The notes under the pieces were generated by a model. It searched no databases and was not told the origin of the DNA. It was given only the letters and a program-made list of their open reading frames with translations. This document shows positions 58,830 to 64,000 of a stretch of DNA of 64,000 nt, in pieces. Both the position numbers and the translations under genes were made by a program. Source of the stretch: Lophium mytilinum. Its lineage: Eukaryota. Where the stretch lies: contig MU004183.1 in NCBI GenBank assembly GCA_010093605.1, forward strand, positions 496,001 to 560,000, given 5' to 3'. Within the stretch, counting starts at the first letter, position 1; every line of letters begins with the position of its first letter.

Positions 58830-59260
58830 GGATAAATATTTACCTACTCGACTACCCATGGGCGAGTCGGGAGATCAAATTGCCCCAACCATTTCGTCGA
58901 TGGCTGGGTGGAGTGGTGGATCAAATCAAACAGCGGCTCAAGCTATGGTGGGGTGGGTGGTGGGTTGAGTAAACTCGAAGAGGAAACAAAGCCTATGGGT
59001 GTGGGTGTTGGGAGAGCAGAAATCCAGAGCTGGAGTGTGGGATGGCTGGAGGGGGTGGGGGAGCAAAACAAGTGAAGACCAGGAACGAATATCATGGCGG
59101 GGGAAGTGGGTGATCAAAAACGCGACGTCGACGACGACGATGGCTGGAAAACGTGGGGGAATTGTTTGGAATTGGTTCTGCTCGTCATGGGAAGCGGTAG
59201 ATGGTGGATACTTGAGGGTCTCGACAATGGATGTGAACAGCATCATTAGGTGGATATGTG
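58830..59260. repeat. Degenerate ~47-bp periodic array, unit ATGG-[G-rich]-GA(T/G)CAAAA (reverse complement of the 52-kb array unit)
   Basis: Cores at 58873, 58919, 58967, 59014, 59061, 59112, 59159, 59207, each preceded by ATGG 15-22 nt upstream. Confidence 0.8.
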
Positions 59261-60570
59261 GAAGCTACCCAAGCGCAAATGCTTTCTCCATTAGGCACAT
59301 ATAGGCCATTTTTTGACCACTGTTCGTTATCTTCCTTGTTTTCTAGTTGATGGTCAATGAACAGGACTCGTATATAAGTGGCTTCAAGAAGGTATATGAA
59401 ATGTCCACGTGATCAGGACGCTAGTGCATGCACGTCCCATCTCAACCTGCTGTCAGGCCTGAGTCGTCAGGCCGTCTCTTCTCCTTACACCGTCATGCAT
59501 CACTTCCTCGAATCGCTCTGATTTACTACCACTATGTTGCAATTGCTAGCTACTTGTCGTGGAACAAGGAGCTGTATGCTGTGTACCTAGCTTTCTGCTT
59601 TTCACTGTCAATCATTCCAACTAGCCAGTGCTCAACGTCCGACCCTTACGCTACGTGTACGACTCACAAGCAAGCTACTATGCAAGGCAATGGACAAGCC
59701 GTGCCGTTTAACTCACTTCCTTCCATTCCCATCCGCGAGTGTTCTTCACTTCTCTTCGAAATCCGCTACCAACGCGCGCGTGGGACACGGCATGATAGTT
59801 TCCATGGCCACGACAACGCGCTCAACAACCAACATCAAACGACAACGCTGACGCCAATACCACCGTGAATAGAAGGTCATTTTCTCAAGATATAGAGCCG
59901 GTCGTCGGTACAGTAGGTTAGTTGTGAAGCGTGGGAGGGTGAAGGTGAAAGTTCAGATTAAGGCGCCAGTTCCTTTTACGAATCAACATGAGTAGAAGGT
60001 CTTTGTAGGTCTCGCACAGACCTTGGGCTGCAGCTTATGTAGTTCGCTATTTTCTCTGAGTGATCGAGGCCCTTGGAGTCGAAAAACGACTTTGTTTCTT
60101 GTCAAAGGGATGCTTTGTCGCCATGTTTTCAATGTCTCCACCAACCTCTTAATGATCCCAACATGTAAAGCTAGGGGTAGAGCGTCACCTCTACATACGC
60201 TACAAGTTCTTAACTACGCAAGATTTTACTTCGTTACGATGCCAACGCTGCACAACGCATCCTCTTCTCACTTTGATTTGTGCACGGACAACGCTCATTG
60301 GCTCGCGTTCCTATTGTCATTCTTTATTCGCATTGTCAACTTGACAATAGCATCAAAGCGCACTGTTAAGCCGCGCCTCTCATATATAACCACTCTTCTA
60401 CGTGTCTCTAGAAGACTCTTCACACACGCATCTTTTGACTCAGACTTACTTGCATCTTCAAGCAAATACAAGTCTTTTTGAATCTCCCAAACAGCTTCCT
60501 GTTCTCCATTACCACAGACAGCACCCTGTTTACCACCATCACAAATATTTCCCTTCGCGGAACCTCCAAG

Positions 60571-61656
60571 ATGTCGCAAACTTCACTCAAGACCGCCGCG
60601 ATCGCCACGGCTCTCGCGTTCGCCACCGTCACCAGCGCACACTACTCGCTAGTTGACGACTACACCAAAGAGAAGTTCTTCCCTGGATTCGATTTCTTCA
60701 CTGGACCAGACCCTACATCGGGATTCGTGCAGTACCAGACCCTCGAGCAATCCATCGCCAACCAGTATATCGGCTATCTCAACAATTCGATATACATCGG
60801 CGCGGATTACACTAACAAAACTCCACAAGGTCGGCCATCTGTGCGAGTCGAAGGCAAGAAAGCCTACAACCAAGGACTCCTGGTGGCCGACGTCCTTCAC
60901 ATGCCGGATAGCACGTGTGGCTCGTGGCCAGCACTCTGGATGTTTGCAGACCCGTGGCCAAGCATGGGAGAGATTGACATCGTCGAGGGAGTATCTGACC
61001 AGCGCAGCAATATAATGACGCTGCACACTAGCGCTGGGTGCGCCGTTGATAATGCATCCGCACCTCTGAACGGCGGCGGCAACGTCAACAACAACGAAGC
61101 CAGCTTCCTCGGTCACATGTTGACGAAGAACTGCGACGTCGGAGCTCCCGGTCAAGACAAGAACGTTGGATGTGGCATCGAAGCTCCGTCCTCCATCGCT
61201 CCACCGGCCTCCCAGCGCCGCGATACTAACGCAACCGCACACTCTGGCTCGCTTCCTTCCTATGGAACTGATTTCAATCAAGCCGGTGGCGGTGTCTATG
61301 CCATGCAATGGACTGATAAGTTCATCGCCGTTTACTTCTTCTCCCATGCCGCCAACGAGACGATTCCAAAGGATCTCCTTTCCGGCAATCCCGATCCCTC
61401 AGGCTGGGGCACTCCACTCGCGCGCTTCGGTGGTGACGGATGCGACTTCACCAAACGGTTCAAGGATCTGAAGATTGTCATCAATCTCACGTTTTGCGGC
61501 CAGTGGGCAGGCGATATCTGGACAACTGGCGGATGCGCAGCGAAGACCAAGTCTGCGACATGCGAAGCATACGTCGAGAACAACCCAGATGCTTTCTCCG
61601 AAGCTTACTGGGAGATTGCTAGCCTAAAGTGGTTCGAAGACAAGGATGGACAATAG
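60571..61656 (+). CDS. Secreted GH16 endo-1,3(4)-beta-glucanase (Lam16A-like)
   Basis: Signal peptide; FDFFTGPDPTSGFVQY, GRPSVR, HMP..CGSWPALW, catalytic GEIDIVEG, FNQAGGGVYAM, NLTFCGQWAG, AFSEAYW. Confidence 0.95.
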   Translation: MSQTSLKTAAIATALAFATVTSAHYSLVDDYTKEKFFPGFDFFTGPDPTSGFVQYQTLEQSIANQYIGYLNNSIYIGADYTNKTPQGRPSVRVEGKKAYNQGLLVADVLHMPDSTCGSWPALWMFADPWPSMGEIDIVEGVSDQRSNIMTLHTSAGCAVDNASAPLNGGGNVNNNEASFLGHMLTKNCDVGAPGQDKNVGCGIEAPSSIAPPASQRRDTNATAHSGSLPSYGTDFNQAGGGVYAMQWTDKFIAVYFFSHAANETIPKDLLSGNPDPSGWGTPLARFGGDGCDFTKRFKDLKIVINLTFCGQWAGDIWTTGGCAAKTKSATCEAYVENNPDAFSEAYWEIASLKWFEDKDGQ

Positions 61657-64000
61657 AGCCGGCCGTTGAGCCGCCTTTGTCTTCCTTGTACGAGACTACT
61701 AACTGACTTTCCTTTGTTCCTTTGAGAGCATCTTCCTTGTATCTCTTTCCATTGCAGTATTTCGGCAACGTTGATGCTTGATCTTCCTGTCTTCTGTTCT
61801 TGCATAGCTCGTCATTCTTGGATATCCTCGGCGTTTTCTAGCATCGCCTCAAATTGCGACTTCAGCATTCCGTTTCTTTTCTTGAGATAGCCATCTGGGT
61901 GTTCACTTTGCATCCATGATATCTCCCTCCTTCTTCAATTCTACCCAAGCCTGTAAGACGAAATAAAATACTCTTTTCTCATGAATCCCGTGTACTTTGA
62001 GTGCTTGACTAACTGTGATATGATGACTAAGATAGCCTACTCTCGGATCCGAAAACATGACTCTGGCAAACTCATTATTATGCTTCCCATGACTCCAGAA
62101 TCCTCCCAAACAACAAGCAGCCCCCGTTTCATGTCCATATCACACTAGAAGCAAGCTCTCACACAAATATAATTCCCTTGTGCCCTTATTGACCACCTCA
62201 ACACCACCACCGCGGCCACCACGTACTCTCCAACCACCACCCGTCTCGTCTTACCCACTTCTTACCCCCACCGGCCTCACCACAACACCCCTTCCGCCGA
62301 CCCCGCCTCAAAAGTCGCGACCCTCACGCCAAATTACTCACCATCACGCCCCTCGCACCAAGCCACCGCACTCCCATTTCCCCTCAGACGCCGCTACATC
62401 CCGTCCGCATGCCTTTCCCCCCCTCCCCTCCCCCCCTCCTCCCCTTCTCCGCGGAACCCACCCAAGCTCTCCCATTGCCCATCTAGACCCCACTCTCCAG
62501 ACCTCACACATCCAGGGACAAGGTTCCCACGCCCCCGTGGCGTATCCCGGCACCACCTACCACGGCATCGCCGAAGCGCCTCCCCATCGCACCTAACCCG
62601 CCGCCGCCACGCCCTGAATCGGCCACGCCTCGCCATCCCCCCATAAGGCAATGATGCGCGCTAGATCTAGAACAGGCCTGTCGCGTGGTGGGGACGCTTG
62701 GATGGGGATGTTAGTTTCTTTGTTCCCACGCGGGATGGCGTTCGAGACGCTCGCTCCGCGGAGGGGGGAGGGAGGGAGGGTCTGGAACGGGATTCGAAGA
62801 GAGGCGGAGATCGGTGCCTGGCGATCGTCGTGATATCGATGTGTATAAAAAGAACGGGTAGGGTTGTAGTAGAGGGAGTCTAGTGGAAGTCCCAGCCTCG
62901 CCGTTCTCGCTCCCTGATTATCTTTATTTTGGTCGCATACCCTTTCCTCTGTGCAGCTTTCTTGCTGCTACAAACCGAGACATTCCCCCTCCCAGATCGT
63001 GGAGCCTGGTCGGTATTGCTACATGCTCCCCACCCTTTCCCTGAGCATGCTCTTCTTCCACCTCTTCTTCCCCAGCGTGTTTTCCCGGCACCGCGCTCAG
63101 CACCCGCTGCCCCTCCCGCAGTCGGCTTGCCCAACCGCCCCGGCACCGACACCGCCGTCCCCTCCACCTTCCCTCAGAGATCTGCTCCTATAGCCGTCCT
63201 CTACGCCAATTCCGCCCCCAGTTTCGCCCCCATCCCGTCTTGTCTACACTCGCCCTACCCGCTCTTCGGCCCTAACGTCGTACTCTTCGAACCCTTTTGA
63301 CCACGATGGGGGAAAGAGGCATTACACACTACACCGTATCCCCACCTCGTCGTGTCCCAGCGAGTCCTATCGAGCCAACTCAAGGCTGTGCTACTGGCCA
63401 CGGGATTCGATACCTTTCACCACCACAACTACCAACCCAGAATGTATCCTGATACGCGAACGCCACTCAGGGGGTTGACAGATCGGATCTAGAGTCAGAA
63501 GAGTAGATGACGATGTAAGGAGAGTGTAAGAAGGCATATAGGACGGAAGCACGAGACAAGAGGGAGGCGTTTTGCGCGCTCACCTTTGTGACAAGAAGAG
63601 CGATAGTGAGTCACATCAATGGATGATTGTTGAGACTAGTTGCTAATTTGATACTCTCTAGGGATGGTCAATGAGATGAGGGACAAGAGATGAGGGACGA
63701 GAGAAGGGGTATGAGAGATGGAAGGAAGCGGCGCCATGACGGTAGCAGGTAGAAAGCTATAGAGAAGAGAACGAACAAACGAATGACACGAGAAACAAAC
63801 CCGAAATCTAACCTTTTCTATTGTCAGCATGTTCATGATTTGTGAAGAACCTCAGTGGCAGAAGGCTGCTGTTTGCTTTGGTCAGCTTTGATATCAGAGG
63901 CCATGGAGCTAGAATGCTGTGGCATCTATACCTCTTTTATTTCGCAAGAAGACCCTTCACCACTTCACAAACCCACCGTTATCACTACCAAACCGCACCC

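Overview
Eukaryotic DNA from a filamentous ascomycete (Pezizomycotina, probably Dothideomycete-like; inferred from short GT-AG introns with CTAAC/CTGAC branch sites, a HET-domain gene and the gene families present). About 20 loci. Housekeeping genes: rhomboid protease, phosphofructokinase, mitochondrial enoyl-ACP reductase Etr1, a GTPBP1/2-like GTPase, cystathionine gamma-synthase and Utp22. Cell-surface genes at 3-13.5 kb: GH128, a single-pass Cys/Ser/Thr protein, an aspartic-protease-like protein and a mucin-like protein. Also a DUF3433-like membrane protein, a C2H2 transcription factor, a degenerate JmjC/zinc-finger protein, a GH16 glucanase, and two adjacent apparent pseudogenes (aldose 1-epimerase, HET). 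No rRNA, tRNA, CRISPR or intact transposon was recognised. The most unusual signal is non-coding: arrays of a degenerate ~47-51 bp unit (ATGG-[G-rich]-GATCAAAA, with variable sequence between units) in opposite orientations at ~52.05-52.48 kb and ~58.83-59.26 kb, plus a weaker back-to-back pair at ~50.8-51.5 kb. There is also a perfect 23-bp inverted repeat at 36.7-36.9 kb. All calls are by eye from motifs; no database searches were run, and exon boundaries are manual predictions.
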